Below are positions 25,480 through 38,935 of a DNA stretch of 64,000 nucleotides, piece by piece (the stretch's first letter is position 1; every line of letters begins with the position of its first letter). A program made the translations under genes and the position numbers. The notes beneath the pieces were generated by a model. The model did not search any database and was not told where the DNA came from. It saw only the letters and a program-made list of their open reading frames with translations. Source of the stretch: Blasia pusilla. Lineage: Eukaryota. The DNA lies in NCBI GenBank assembly GCA_050084515.1, contig CM114271.1, positions 15,190,001-15,254,000 on the forward strand, written 5' to 3'.

Positions 25480-28400
25480 GTAAAATAATGGGGCCTGCCG
25501 TCACATCCAACGTTGTTGGTGCATTCTGCTACAAATAGACATAGTCCCCCACATGGAACCTACGAATCGATGGTCAATAACCTCCACCCTAAATGGTTGC
25601 ATACCGCAATGTATCCCTGTGTTGAGCAATGGCAAGATTCTCAAAGGCTGTTGGCATAACTCTCCGAGGGAGCTCTCCCCGTTGAGAACACACTCTCATC
25701 TACATCTCTGGGTCATCAAGGTTCACCACCTCACTAGACTCTTGACGAATTGATGTTGGCAAGTCTGGATCTCGGCCGTATAACAAAAAAAGATGAGAAG
25801 GAAGCCAAGGATGCTTGGCGACTGAACCTATACCCCATGGCTAACCATGGCAACTGAATATCCTAGTCTCCAAGATGCCCCTTTTGTAGGTTATACTTGC
25901 GCAATGCCCTCTTCACCGTCTGAACCACACGCTCAGCCAAACCATCCGCCTCTGGATGATCTCGAGACGTGGTCCGATGATCAATCTACGTCTTGTCACG
26001 CAAGACCTGAAACTCTATACCCTTGTCGGTCAGCACCTTAGTTGGTGCACCAAAATGACTAAGCACTCTATCAAGAGACACATACGCCGTTCCCTCACTT
26101 GCCTTGTCAGGTAATGCCACCAACTCAATCCACTTGGAAAGTGCTCCACCATCACCAACACATATCGATGATGTCGTACAGTCAACGGTAACGGTCCCGC
26201 AAAGTCCACACTCCAACGGTAACCCAACCCCATAATAGGCAAGGGGAGTAACTATGGTGTAGGGGCATTGAATGATTCCCTCACCTGGTCACAAACCATA
26301 CAATGTGACACCAACTGTTGCACGTGAGTATGCATGATACGCCACCAATATTGGCCAAGGAGTAAGCTATACGTACGCTTTACCCCAAAATTTCCCAACT
26401 CCTCATGGGCATGTTGCACGATGCGCTCTCTCTGAGCCAAATGTGGCACCACTCGTACTCTACAATCCTCTCACACACAAAGAATATGTGTTCCCTCCAA
26501 TCAATACCTCCTAGCACGTTGAAGAACACGGTCTCGCTCCTTAGCACTCACTATGCCTAGCACCCTACTGGTCCGTAAGAACTCCAACACCAACGCATCA
26601 TCATGAATATCACGCTGATCGGTACCACCATCTCCAACCTTAGGATCTGAAGGTTGGCCATCTACCCTGTGACTAGAGTAAGGTGTCATGTGGTCCTCCA
26701 TACTAGAGTCCATCCCTAACCAACATAAAAAGGCAGATGCATGCCAACCTGGCACCATCTCCTCATCAACCTCGCCATGCCATCTAGCCCCAATTGCATC
26801 CTCTTGGCTTGTACATGGGTTCCTACTCAACCCATCAGCATCAAGGTTGGCAACTCCAGATCTATGTACCATCTGTAAGTCATACTCCTGTAAGATAAGA
26901 GCCCACCGTGCAAGCTTCCCTGTAAGCTTGTCAGACTCCATCAACCACTTGAGCGGCTGGTGATCAGTAACAAGGGTAAACTGTGTGCCAAACAAGTAAC
27001 ACCTAAAGTGTGCCACAGCCCACACTACTGCCAAGCACTCTCCCTCATATGAACTATAGCGCGAATCCGCTGCATTATTTGAACGACTTGCATAGGCCAC
27101 CACAAAATCCATGTGCTCATCATCATGTTGTGTCAACACCGCTCCAAGTCCCAACATACTCCAATAAGTGTGCAACTCAAATAGGCGCCCTCTGATAGGT
27201 CTCCTCAAGATAAGCGCGGCCATCAACTAGGCCTTGAGCTCCATAAAAGCTCTCACGTTATCATCTCCCCAGTGCCACTCCTAATCTAATTTCAGCAATT
27301 GGTTCAAAGGCTTTGCCATAACACTAAATCCCTTCACATACCTCCGATAGTAGTTCGCCAATCCCATTAATGCCTGAACTCTACTCATATCTACCGGATG
27401 AGGAATAAGTGCAATAGCCTCCACCTTTGCGTGCTGAACTCCCAAACCACCTGGATAGATCAGATGACCCAAGTACTCAACATCCTCATGGAAGAACTTA
27501 CACTTTTTTGGATGCAAACGTAGACCATGAGCTTTCAACTGCTCAAACACAATCTGCAAATGTATCTGATGGTCCTCCACCGTGTTACTCAACACCAAGA
27601 TATCATCAATGTAACACCAAACAAAATCCAACCCTGCTAGGATCCTTTCCATCACTCTCTGAAACTCGGAAGGTGCATTCTTCAACCCAAAGGGTAAGAA
27701 TTTCCACTGGTACAAACAATCCTTGCCATGAAAGTTGACACCCCAAAGTCTTGTCTTGGCCTTGTCACTCTCTCGAATCGGTAATTGATGGTATCCTGCC
27801 CGAAGATCCAAAGTACTAAAAATCTTTGCCTATCCCACCACATCAAAGATCTCCTTAGGTGTAGGCATGGCATACCTATCGGCCTTGGTTTGCCGATTGA
27901 TAAGACGATAATCTCCACACATCCGCCTATCCATGTAGTTGCCATGCACATCCTTTTTCGCAGGGATGACCGTGGCTGATGCATACTCTCCATGCAAAAA
28001 CTCCACTAATCTAGCCTTCAAAAGGTCCAAGGTCCTACTCTGAATCAGGTCCCTCTCCATATCACTATATCGGTAGGGACGACGGAAGATTGGCGTATCA
28101 TTAGCCAAATCAATCCGTATACCGGGTCCAACCAAAGCACCCAACTCCTTCATGCTAAAGGCAAAACAACTCCTATAAGCACGTAGGGAAGCGTGTCAGC
28201 GCCGTTTCTCACTCACCCCGTAAGCTTGGGCCCAAGTAATGGCTCCCAAGTCTCCTCCACTGGCACACTAGAGGGAGAGGACGATGCCATTGGCTGCTAT
28301 GCAATCCCCTCACAAGATTGTACACCCTTAGCTACACCATCATCTGAGCTCTACTCACTACCAAGGCTAACTCCCAACTCAACATGCTCAACTCAAAGAA

Positions 28401-28560
28401 CTAACTGTTCTTTGAGTACACTCCACACTATATCCTCCAACCTAAGGGCGGGCCCTATTGGAAAAGTCACCCTCAACGGAGTAACCCCCAACCCTATGTA
28501 TGAAATCGCATCCCTACCTAGACACTACGGCCCTACATAAGGTATAGCCTCTACTAGCAC
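25480..28560 (-). mobile_element. pol: Ty3/gypsy pol fragment (RT, RNase H, integrase), a relative of the DNMT family; both ends truncated
   Basis: RRMCGDYR, DLRAGYHQ, LPFGLKNAP, YIDD, AYASRSNN...EGECLAVVW, TDHQPL, HEELG, VDFAGPLP; stops and frameshifts. Confidence 0.92.
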
Positions 28561-28599
28561 ACTATACTCTACGACATAATCCGTATGGTCATGACATTA

Positions 28600-29620
28600 T
28601 AGAAAATAATTATATGATTTTGTTTACTCTTTAAGGCCTTATAAATCTTTTGATACCTCTATCATAAAGAAATATCCAACCTTTCAAGAGTTACTCCCAC
28701 TATTAATTAGTGAGGAGGTGCGCCTAGTCAACGGTAGTAGCTCATTGGAGAAGTTATTCCAGATATATACAAAGGCCATAAAGCTTCAATTGAAACAATG
28801 ATTAAAAAAAGTGAGGAAAGGATCGTAGAATATTAATAACTATAGTTTGAATATCAGACATATTATTGATGAGTTAAATAATATTGGAGTGATTGTAGAA
28901 GATGATGATATGATTTTTTTTCATTCTTTAAGGTCTTACAAGTCTTTTGATACCTCTATCTTTATGATAGAGAAATAAACAACCTTTCAAGAGTTAGTCC
29001 CAAAATTAATTAGTGAGGAGATGTGTCTAATCAACAATAGTAATTCATATAGTATGCAAGAGAATGTTCTATTTGCACGTAATGAATTAAAAAAAGGCAG
29101 AGATTGTGGTAGAAGCTTGTGTGGTTGCAATGAATATGAATCATAGCATTTTGAGGAAGAGACACTCAACATAACTTCATTTCGTCAACTTTGAACCATT
29201 ACCAAATAGGATAATAAAGTGGTGATGGTGGAAAATATTTGAGTCAAGGTCAACAACGGCGGGTCCTTGGTATTTTCAATTCTTGTGGGATGAAGGGTCA
29301 ACGTGCAAAGTTTTGCTTCAAGAAGAAGGCAAATAGAAGAATACGAATCTTACAACAACAACTGTATGTGGAGCAATAAATTCACATACAATATCTAGAA
29401 TATGAACACTCACAAATAGAGTATATCTTGGTTATGACTCATTTCATGGGAGCAATGGTCAAGAGAGAAAGACTCTACAAGAGATTGATACAATATTTTT
29501 GGTACGTCAAATCACATAACCTCACAAGCTAAATCGTTCAGTAGTATGGAGCTTGTGAAAGATCCCATAATATTGCTCATAGGAGATGATACCCAACATC
29601 ACATTACACATATCGATAAA
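28600..29620 (+). mobile_element. Highly degraded Ty1/copia gag-protease remnant
   Basis: KLQLKQ, IRHIIDELNNIGVIVEDDD, PTFQELLPLLISEE (duplicated ~28611/28911), knuckle remnant CGMKGQRAKFC, GTSNHIT. Confidence 0.6.
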
Positions 29621-31300
29621 GTTTCGATAACATCAGATGGCCTTTGTGGGAGTGGAGAGTTGTTTTCTTGTATTAGAGTGTATTATCTTATGTTTTAATT
29701 TGCACTAGATTTTTGCAAGATAAAAATAAAATTTAAGAAAATAGGTTAAAAATCCTTATTTCCTAAGTAGTGATATTGCCAGAGAACCGTAATGATAATG
29801 CATTTTCATATATCAATTTTTCTCCATGTCCAAGTTCTATCAAAGCTTTATTGGGAGAATACGAACAGACTAAGCCACTTTATACTTCAAGATTTATTAT
29901 AATTTTTAGTGATTTATTCATACTTTTTCTTATAATATCGTCTCAATGCAACGGATAAGTACGAATGACCATTTTCTAGTTTTTGATTCCTTTGTTTTTA
30001 TATTTATGTTTCAATTCATCTTCTCATAAACATTCCCATATACTAGCCTATATATATATCGTGTATGAAGGAACATATATTCCTAAGTGATCTTAATCCT
30101 TGATGATAGGATGAGTCACATCCATCCCATAGAGCTCTTAAACATATTTCTTCTTTTTGATTTTCCACCATATTCCATCGATTTCCATTAACTTTTTACC
30201 TTAAAAATTGGTGCTCCCGTCACATGGTTTCACGGAAATGTATATGCCCGTCCATGGGATAGACTTGCCCAACGAGTCCTCCGCCCAACTTTATTTAATA
30301 CCCAAGTGGCTTTTGCAAGCTTGGAATGCGGGAAAGGGTGTGTGCTTACTTAAAGGGAGGAGGAAAAGGATTGGCCCATGGAGGACACACTGGGGACGGT
30401 GAAGGGCGGGCCCGTAAACCTCCCTTTGTGGGCCTATCACGGGCTTAGGGAAGGCCGATGCTGTGTACAAAATGGGCGATATGTGCTTATAGTAGGTGCG
30501 GACTACCCAAGTCTGGGTGTACATTTAGGGTTAGGTGTCGGTACCCATACTCGCATAGACATGTTTGTCGTGGGGACGGACAAAGACATGTCTATGGGCA
30601 CAAACTTTTTTCGTGTGTAACCTTGTTCCGTTATACTTTTTTGTAATAAAAATGGATAAACATTAAAGAATAAGCTAATTACACTCTATTGGTAGCTTAT
30701 GTATTCTAGAGAACAATTATTGATGCAAAGATCATGATAGGGAAGAACATTATTCATGAGATTTTTATTCTTTTTTCTTCAAATTGCCTCCAACTATTGT
30801 TACCATTTGATTCGAGAAGATTTGAAATTTTTTGTTATATTGGGTTTTGCTATGAATATAATGAGTCTTAAGGCCAAATGTTATCGTGTTGAGATCTTTT
30901 CTTCGAGGAAGGGCGGACCTTATAACTGTGGCAATCGTTGATGTAAGATGAATTCTCTAACAAGTTTTCCTATTCAATAGAGAATCACTACATACACTCT
31001 TCATTCTCTTACAATAAGAATAACAAATGGTTGTGCCAAGGTGATCACTTCTTGATAGCACCTAGCCTTGAAATTCCTAACTATGAAGTCTCTATAAACT
31101 ACTTTGTATTTGTACACAAGGAAAAACAAAAACTAGTATTGAATCCTAATCGAGGCCAGGAGGCATGTTTATATCTATAGGTTGCTAAATAAGGACATAC
31201 AAAGTACAATCTTATGTCCTTCTGTAGCTGAAAATAAGAAATATCACCCTAGTTGGTGATTGCATAACTTAGTTCATGAATGCCTCTCCAAAGTGGTAGA

Positions 31301-31801
31301 CTAGAACTTACCGCGGGCCATGTGCGGGCTTCATGCGGGCTATAAAATGGATCTAGGTTGGACGAGTGTGGGTTTATGTTATGGGCTCGACAAGCTCGGG
31401 TGTGAGTCAAGGAACCCGTTGGGCATACGGATTTTTGTGCAACCTTGATCTTAACACGGTATGGGTCAAGGAAAGGGAAATCAGTTACCACTTTTGCTCC
31501 ATCCCTATCCATGATTGACGAACATCATCTTTCCTCCTCTCTTCCCCTATAAAAATATAGGTGACATTTTGTCTACACATATTTCCTCTTATTTAGGGAA
31601 GAAAAACTTTCCAAAATGAGTCTACACTCATTAATCTCTAACTCATCAAGAATGGATTATCTGTTAAGTTAGTTAAGTTACCTGTTAAGACTTAACACAT
31701 ATTAAACACTACACGTGTCAGCATCAGAAGAGGAAAAAGTAGGCACGTATCAATACCGAAGGAAGGGGGCCTCAAACCCCATCCTCTTTTACTTATATAG
31801 A
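31301..31801 (-). mobile_element. Non-autonomous Helitron (~500 bp)
   Basis: Minus-strand A|TCTATATAAG 5' end, GC-rich imperfect hairpin (ccgc...gcgg) just inside CTAG|T, inserted between A and T. Confidence 0.6.
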
Positions 31802-34800
31802 TATATCCTATGTTTCATTTATGACTTTTTTTTCCTGAAGTTGTACTTGCACAAATGAGGCATCATTAAAAGATTTAAATATAAAAAAATATTTTCTGAA
31901 ACTAATCACTCAATACTTATATAAATTCTCTCTAATACTTATAAGAGTGAAATGTACTTGTCAAATATTTTTACTACACGATAACGTTGCATAATATAGG
32001 ACTATATCTTTTAGTGAGCGTATTTTTGCATGGTCAATTCTATATTTCCAAATTTAGAATACATACAAGGAGTTGCATTAGTATAATGATGGAAGTGATG
32101 GTTCTTAAGAGAAAGAATTTTTTCCACACAAAATTTTTTTAGGAAGAAAATTTTGCATAAAAAATTCAAATGCATGACCATGCAATCTACCAAATTTTAA
32201 GCCTAGTGCATCACATGAGAACCTTTGTAGTACTTTTCAACAAGTGTAGAGAGTCACCAAGGAGATACATATACTTTTTGTTTGTGATTGAAGGAGATTC
32301 CTCCAAAGTGTTAAGCCACTACATTTCATAATGTATGCCTTTGAATGGAAGTACACTTACCCTGGGGCACTTCATTGTATTGGGACTTGCTATTATAAAT
32401 GAGATCCACATGACATTTTCTATTTTCAGTTCATCGAGACCTAAAGTATTATACCCTAATAGAAACAATAGTTGTTGTTGGGTAGGATTCGGATGAGTTA
32501 TACAAAATTTAATTTTGAGATACTTTACATTTCTTGTTTTGGTTTCCTAACCAAGTTATTACAACCCCAACTATTCCTTTGTTTACTCTCGCATAGATAT
32601 TTCCTATGATTGTGGTAAATTTGGATCCATATCCGCCATCAGACGATCCTCCCAAAAATTATAGGGATTGTCAAAGTTTTGCATTTACTAATCCACACCC
32701 CCATCCTTTTCAAGGCCACTACCTTTTTTGAGGTCATTAGATTTAAAAGTGTTAACTATTCAATAGGAAAGGGGAAGAAAATTAAAAGAATAGGAGGCGG
32801 TTCGAGAGGAGGAACGCACTAACCTTTCCGTTCCTCCTTGCATTGAAGGGAAGATTCTCTCCATCCCTTTATGGAGGAACATAAGTAAAGAGTTCATTCA
32901 TTTCTATCCATATCCTCCAAGGAGGGATGGAAATAAACAATAGGGAAGCATGAAAGATGAACCTTAATAAAAAAAATTGCATGATGAAGGGAAAGGGAAG
33001 ATACCAAGGTCTATAATGAAAACCAAACCTCTCCGTTTCTTTAAAGAAATTAGAAATATAACTATTAATAAAATACGCTTCCCTCCGTAGACTTGTGAAA
33101 TACCAAATTGAAAAATTAATCCCTCTCTCCGCAAACGAATAGACATCCTCTCTCACACGCTGACAAGAATCCCGAACACGCGCATAAAAAATGACAAACC
33201 TCAATATATATGCATGACCAAAAACCCATCAAGAAAACATAGACTCGATGAAAACGAGAGGGACTCAAAGCATCCTTGAAAAAGAAGAAGGGGACATTAA
33301 ACACACATAAACATTTGTATCGCCTTAACTTAATCAAAGTAACTTTCTAACCGGAGACGCGTACGTTATCCGGCGACGTAAGGACGTGAGGAAAACAACT
33401 GCCGCACGCACTGATCTACATATCCGATAAAAGCCGAACTCTATCCAGCGAACTGCGCAGAATATATGATGGGGACTGAAAGCGACAAGGCAGACGTTGG
33501 GATAGATCTCCGTGAGGCGAGACATGTGTCACGACCTCAGAGATTCGCGTGGGAATGTATAGCCATACACGTGGACCTTACGAACGTGTGAAAGCGACCG
33601 GGAGAATAATAATAAACGCGAACGAGTAAAACTTTTACTTGCTTACTGTAAAAGGCATTAAAGGATAACTAAATTAAATTATTAAATGCGCCGCTGCGAT
33701 CGCATTTGGAAGGAAGTCAGTCAGTCAGTCAGTGATAGTCCTAAACCTGCTTTTCCGGGATTTAAAATTTATGATAGTATTTTTAAATAATATTAATTCT
33801 GGTCGAAATGCCAAGAAATGAGTAAACGGCGACGACTGCGTAATGCCAGGGAAAACTACTGGTTGTTTCCTCGGCGCCGGGAATATAACTCCGCGCAACA
33901 ACCCTTTCACACGTGGGGTGGGAAAACGCCAGATTAGTGGTACTTTGCCGTATGCTAAGCGGTCCATTTAGAAAGAAGGAACGCTTTCGTACATATTGCC
34001 ACAACCAACCCTAATCAATAGCTTCCAAAGGTTGGGAAAGTGGTGGGGTTTGCCCCTACTTTGGATAGGTAGTTTGGAAAGTGATTATTACAAGGGCAAC
34101 TAAGAATAACTCAATTTTAAGTGCATCACCATCTGGCTTTCCTTGTTGTCATTATTTATCATTGTGATGCAACTTGTAGAAGTTTTGGAGTTGATATGTG
34201 GAGTTGAAGTGGTTGGGGGTATATTCATCACTAGTGTTTTTGTCATATTTGTTTCAAGCTAATGATTGTATAATTTGTTGAGTTGGTTTTTGTGTTGGTT
34301 TGTTGTCAATTTTTTTACTCCTTCCTTCGTCTTATGTTATTTCTTTTCTTTGTGCTCTTTTGAGGGTCGTTTCTACAATAGAGTGAATTTTAGAAGGGAA
34401 AAAATTAAATGGCAAGAAAGTTGAGCGGTATAGATACGAAGGAAGTATCTTTGATAAAAGTATCAATATTTTATAAGAAGTACTCTAAAGATTTATAACT
34501 AGAAGCATGTAAAACTAAGGGAAGGAGGATGTATTGAACCAAAAGTCGATCCCATGGTGCCATCCTAATATTTGGCTAAAGTTGAGTTTTTAAAACAATT
34601 TCATCAAAAAAATCCCTTTTGTATCAAAAATAAAATTAAAGCTCCCCTTACCCTACCTACGTAAATCACTTTTCTCCATAAGACACTCTTTTGTATGATG
34701 AAGGAGAGCTTTTAAATTTAATTGCCATATTTCATATTAGACTCTTTCCATACACTTTCTCTTGAACTACGGTAAATCATCCTAAATTGTATGGATGCAA

Positions 34801-35055
34801 TAATCAAAAAGCATACCAACTTTAAAACACTTGATGAATGTGGACAAATAACTTGTTAGGTTTTCATGCATTTAAGTTAGGTTTCTTGACTATATGGTGC
34901 GTATGAGTCAACTCCTATTTATGCCTTTGGTACTGACCAAAACACTCGATGAGAAGACTTCTCAAGTTATGAGTACTAGTTGGCCAACCCAACCTTCTTT
35001 CTTTATCACCTCCATGCTCTTCCTCTCTCTCTTTTGAAGCCTTCTTCTTCTTTTA

Positions 35056-35082
35056 TAAATAAATAAATAAATAAATAAATAA
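35056..35082. repeat. (AAAT)n microsatellite
   Basis: Direct reading. Confidence 0.9.
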
Positions 35083-36047
35083 CTTTACAATCATCCACCC
35101 CTAATCCTTGCCCAAACTTGCATATTTCTAATTTCTTCTCATAACTATGCACAGTAATTCACTAATTTCTCATTGTAATATAGATTAGTGTTGGAAAAAC
35201 CTCAACCCCCCTTCTTATCATTTATGCACTCCTCCTCTTTATTTAAAACTCCACTTCTTTCCATCTCATACATGCCTTCTCCTTCTTTTTTTTTCATTCG
35301 AAAACACTATGTTCCCAATTTCCCACTTGCTTGTTTTAGAAAAAAATTCCAACCCTTCACTTTCTTTATTTTGAGAAATAAGAACTTCATTCCATCCCTT
35401 TCTTCCCATCTTGACACCTTATATATAAATCATTTCTTTATTATTTCAAATGTCTCTACCCGAATCTCTCCAATGTACTTTCGTTTAAAAATAAAATAAA
35501 ATATCCTGACTTTACCCTACTCTAATCCTCTATCTCCTCAGCTTTAAAGATGAATAGTTCTTATCATTTCTTACTAAACCCCACGCTAATAGATTACATA
35601 TAAAATGGTCATAAAATAAGAATGGTTATTGATTTTTATTCTAGTTATATTGGGATTTTCCCATTGAGATATAGATGCTTTATTTTTATTTTTTAAATTT
35701 TCAATTTGTAGCTACTAGCCTTTTGATAGGACACATTTCATATTGTGGCAGCAACATAATAAGGACTATCTTTCATTAATTATATAGATATAGATATCGT
35801 GTTTTAATTGTTGGAAGATCTACCCACCTTGACTGTGAAGTGACTATGTTACGATTTATACATAGATAAAAAGTGATGAAGGAATTAAAATAGTTTTATT
35901 CACCCACTATTTTATTGTAATCAACCATATTCTTGTGGTAAGCATTCCATTAAAGTCAACACAGTAAAAATGACTAATGACTAACCGTCACAAGTCATTC
36001 AATAACTATATGGTAAGAGGGGGGGTTCATATGCATTACAATATTTC

Positions 36048-37624
36048 ATAACTAGCCGGTGGCTGTGCTATGCACAAATGAAAGGCATCCAAACTCCAAA
36101 TGGTAGGACGTGTTTCAAAATTGATAGGGAGAAAACGACCCAAAAAGGCTATTGGCCCAAAAAGACTTTGGCATCAGGAAGCAGGAAGCGTGGCACCCCT
36201 ATAAGGGCACTCTCCAATAGTAATATAGATTTAGTAAAAAATTAAATTTCTCCACGACTAAAATTGCTATGATGGGGATTTTTTATAATGAAATATATGG
36301 ACAATCATGTTCAATCCTCCCACCCCAAAAAATCAAATAATTTGAAAAGTTTAGAAAAAATTTTACACATTTTCTCAAAATATTCCAAGCGAAGGTTTAT
36401 ATTGGAGTCTCTTTTAAGATTAATTGATATCAATGTCATTCTCCTCAAGAGGGGGACACAGGAAAATTCAATGAAAAATTGAGAAATTTTACTTATATGA
36501 TTACTTCCACCTTATCACATTAATTTTTTTAATATTCTTTAAAATTTAAAAATAGAATAATAATGAATACAGGGATAACTAGCCGGTGGCTGTGCTATGC
36601 ACAAATGAAAGGCATCCAAACTCCAAATGGTAGGACGTGTTTCAAAATTGATAGGGAGAAAACGACCAAAAGGCTATTGGCCCAAAAAGACTTTGGCATC
36701 GAAGCGAGAAGCGTGGCACCCCTATAAGGGCACTCTCCAATAGTAATATAGATTTAGTAAAAAATTAAATTTCTCCACGACTAAAATTGCTATGATGGGG
36801 ATTTTTTATAATGAAATATATGGACAATCATGTTCAATCCTCCCACCCCAAAAAATCAAATAATTTGAAAAGTTTAGAAAAAATTTTACACATTTTCTCA
36901 AAATATTCCAAGCGAAGGTTTATATTGGAGTCTCTTTTAAGATTAATTGATATCAATGTCATTCTCCTCAAGAGGGGGACACAGGAAAATTCAATGAAAA
37001 ATTGAGAAATTTTACTTATATGATTACTTCCACCTTATCACATTAATTTTTTTAATATTCTTTAAAATTTAAAAATAGAATAATAATGAATACAGGGATA
37101 ACTAGCCGGTGGCTGTGCTATGCACAAATGAAAGGCATCCAAACTCCAAATGGTAGGACGTGTTTCAAAATTGATAGGGAGAAAACGACCCAAAAAGGCT
37201 ATTGGCCCAAAAAGACTTTGGCATCAGGAAGCAGAAGCGTGGCACCCTATAAGGGCACTCTCAATAGTAATATAGATTTAGTAAAAAATTAAATTTCTCC
37301 ACGACTAAAATTGCTATGATGGGGATTTTTTATAATGAAATATATGGACAATCATGTTCAATCCTCCCACCCCAAAAAATCAAATAATTTGAAAAGTTTA
37401 GAAAAAATTTTACACATTTTCTCAAAATATTCCAAGCGAAGGTTTATATTGGAGTCTCTTTTAAGATTAATTGATATCAATGTCATTCTCCTCAAGAGGG
37501 GGACACAGGAAAATTCAATGAAAAATTGAGAAATTTTACTTATATGATTACTTCCACCTTATCACATTAATTTTTTTAATATTCTTTAAAATTTAAAAAT
37601 AGAATAATAATGAATACAGGGATA
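36048..37624. repeat. Three near-identical tandem copies of a ~525-bp unit
   Basis: Units start at ~36048, 36575 and 37098 and differ mainly by 1-nt indels; the same 64-aa ORF recurs in each. Confidence 0.97.
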
Positions 37625-37823
37625 CTTAGAACATTTCATGAAGAATGAGAAATTAAAAAAAAATACTAAATCTAATGTAGAACCTAAGCTAAAACTTTGT
37701 AGCTTAGTGTAAGATAGATTAAATTCAAGAGACTTGAGAGCCATGATTTATTTTGAAGCCTCTAACACGTGTCATCCAATCAACTCATAATAGGGAGGAG
37801 GCATCTTTTATTCATAGAAGAGA
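36052..37823 (-). mobile_element. Non-autonomous Helitron with its 3' ~525 bp triplicated
   Basis: A|TCTCTTCTATGAATAAAAG at 37823; hairpin TGTGC-tat-GCACA just inside CTAG|T at 36052, 36579 and 37102. Confidence 0.7.
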
Positions 37824-37853
37824 TAAATGATGCACAATTGATCTCATAGGATG

Positions 37854-38606
37854 TGTCGTGCCCATACACATCGCTACACAACATACATCGCTGTCATCGA
37901 ACACACACACATACGATCCCATGCTAACTCATGGCATCCATAAACAAGGGCGAGAAGTATCAAAATATCTCCAATAAAGTAAGATTCAATCTCTCTCTAC
38001 ACCATCTCACACCATAGCTCTCAAAGGTGTGCACTCTCTCTCATGTCAAACCAAACCCACTCTCCTAATGAGAGGCTTGGGTTACACTCACAACGCAAGG
38101 GACCATAGCTCCGCCGCCTTATGCCAAGAGGTTCAACAAAGAGAGAATGAGCTCTCAAGCTCTCTCTCTTGGAGGTATACCCCCTTCCCTCTCCCAAGCC
38201 CTCTCAACGGTAAACTATGCTCGCAGGTAATCTCCTTGGCTCTTGACGTGTTGTAGCGGGTCAAGGGTCACTTCCCAAAGTGGAAAGTCAACTATCCCAA
38301 ATATGGAAACTTACTCGAAATAGTAAGTTTTTCTATATGGCTCCAAATGAGCCGAAACGAAGGGGAAACTTGCTCTCTCAGGTTTTCCGGGGCCTAAACA
38401 GGTCATCCTCGACCTCCTGGGCCTGTCCTCCACTACTCGTGCAGACGATCCGCTAGATCCCACTGATCTATCCTAACAATCGTGACAACTGTCGTGCGCA
38501 TACATATCGCTACACAACATACATCGCTGTCATCGAACACACACACGATCCCATGCTAACTCATGGCATCCATACACAGAGGCGAGAATTACCAAAATAT
38601 CTCCAA
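37854..38606 (-). repeat. 3' terminal repeat block: B2 37854-37974, A2 37975-38487, B1 38490-38606; PPT-like tract 38607-38617
   Basis: Same B-A-B layout as 7462-8167; junction cgtgaca-ac-tgtcgtg. Confidence 0.88.
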
Positions 38607-38799
38607 TCGCCCCCCTAGCTGCTGGTTATGTTCCTCTAACTCTAGATAGCTATCTATCCCTACCTACCACGACATACATCTTTAGGACGCTAAGAGCAGA
38701 AAAGCCGGGTGCTCATGTGGCCCCATCGTTAGTCGCCTTCATGTCATCCATGTCACAGAAAAATTCAGAATCGAAAACCTACCTAGTATCTCCTTTATG

Positions 38800-38935
38800 T
38801 ACATTTGGGACACATCCATCATCCCCAAGGAACCCTAGTGAGAGGTGGCGTCAGACATGCCATATGCCAAGCTCTCGAACATCCATCACAGACTAGCATC
38901 GTGGCCGCATCACGAGCAGAACCACACAACATATA
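38800..38935 (-). pseudogene. PHD finger at the integrase C-terminus
   Basis: (Y)MLCGSARDAATMLVCDGCSRAWHMACLTPPLTRVPWG*WMCPKC; C4HC3 pattern with the first Cys replaced by Tyr. Confidence 0.9.

Noticed and set aside
36288-37529. Three identical 64-aa ORFs as a gene cluster
   Set aside because: A by-product of the tandem triplication inside a Helitron-like element; no recognisable motif.
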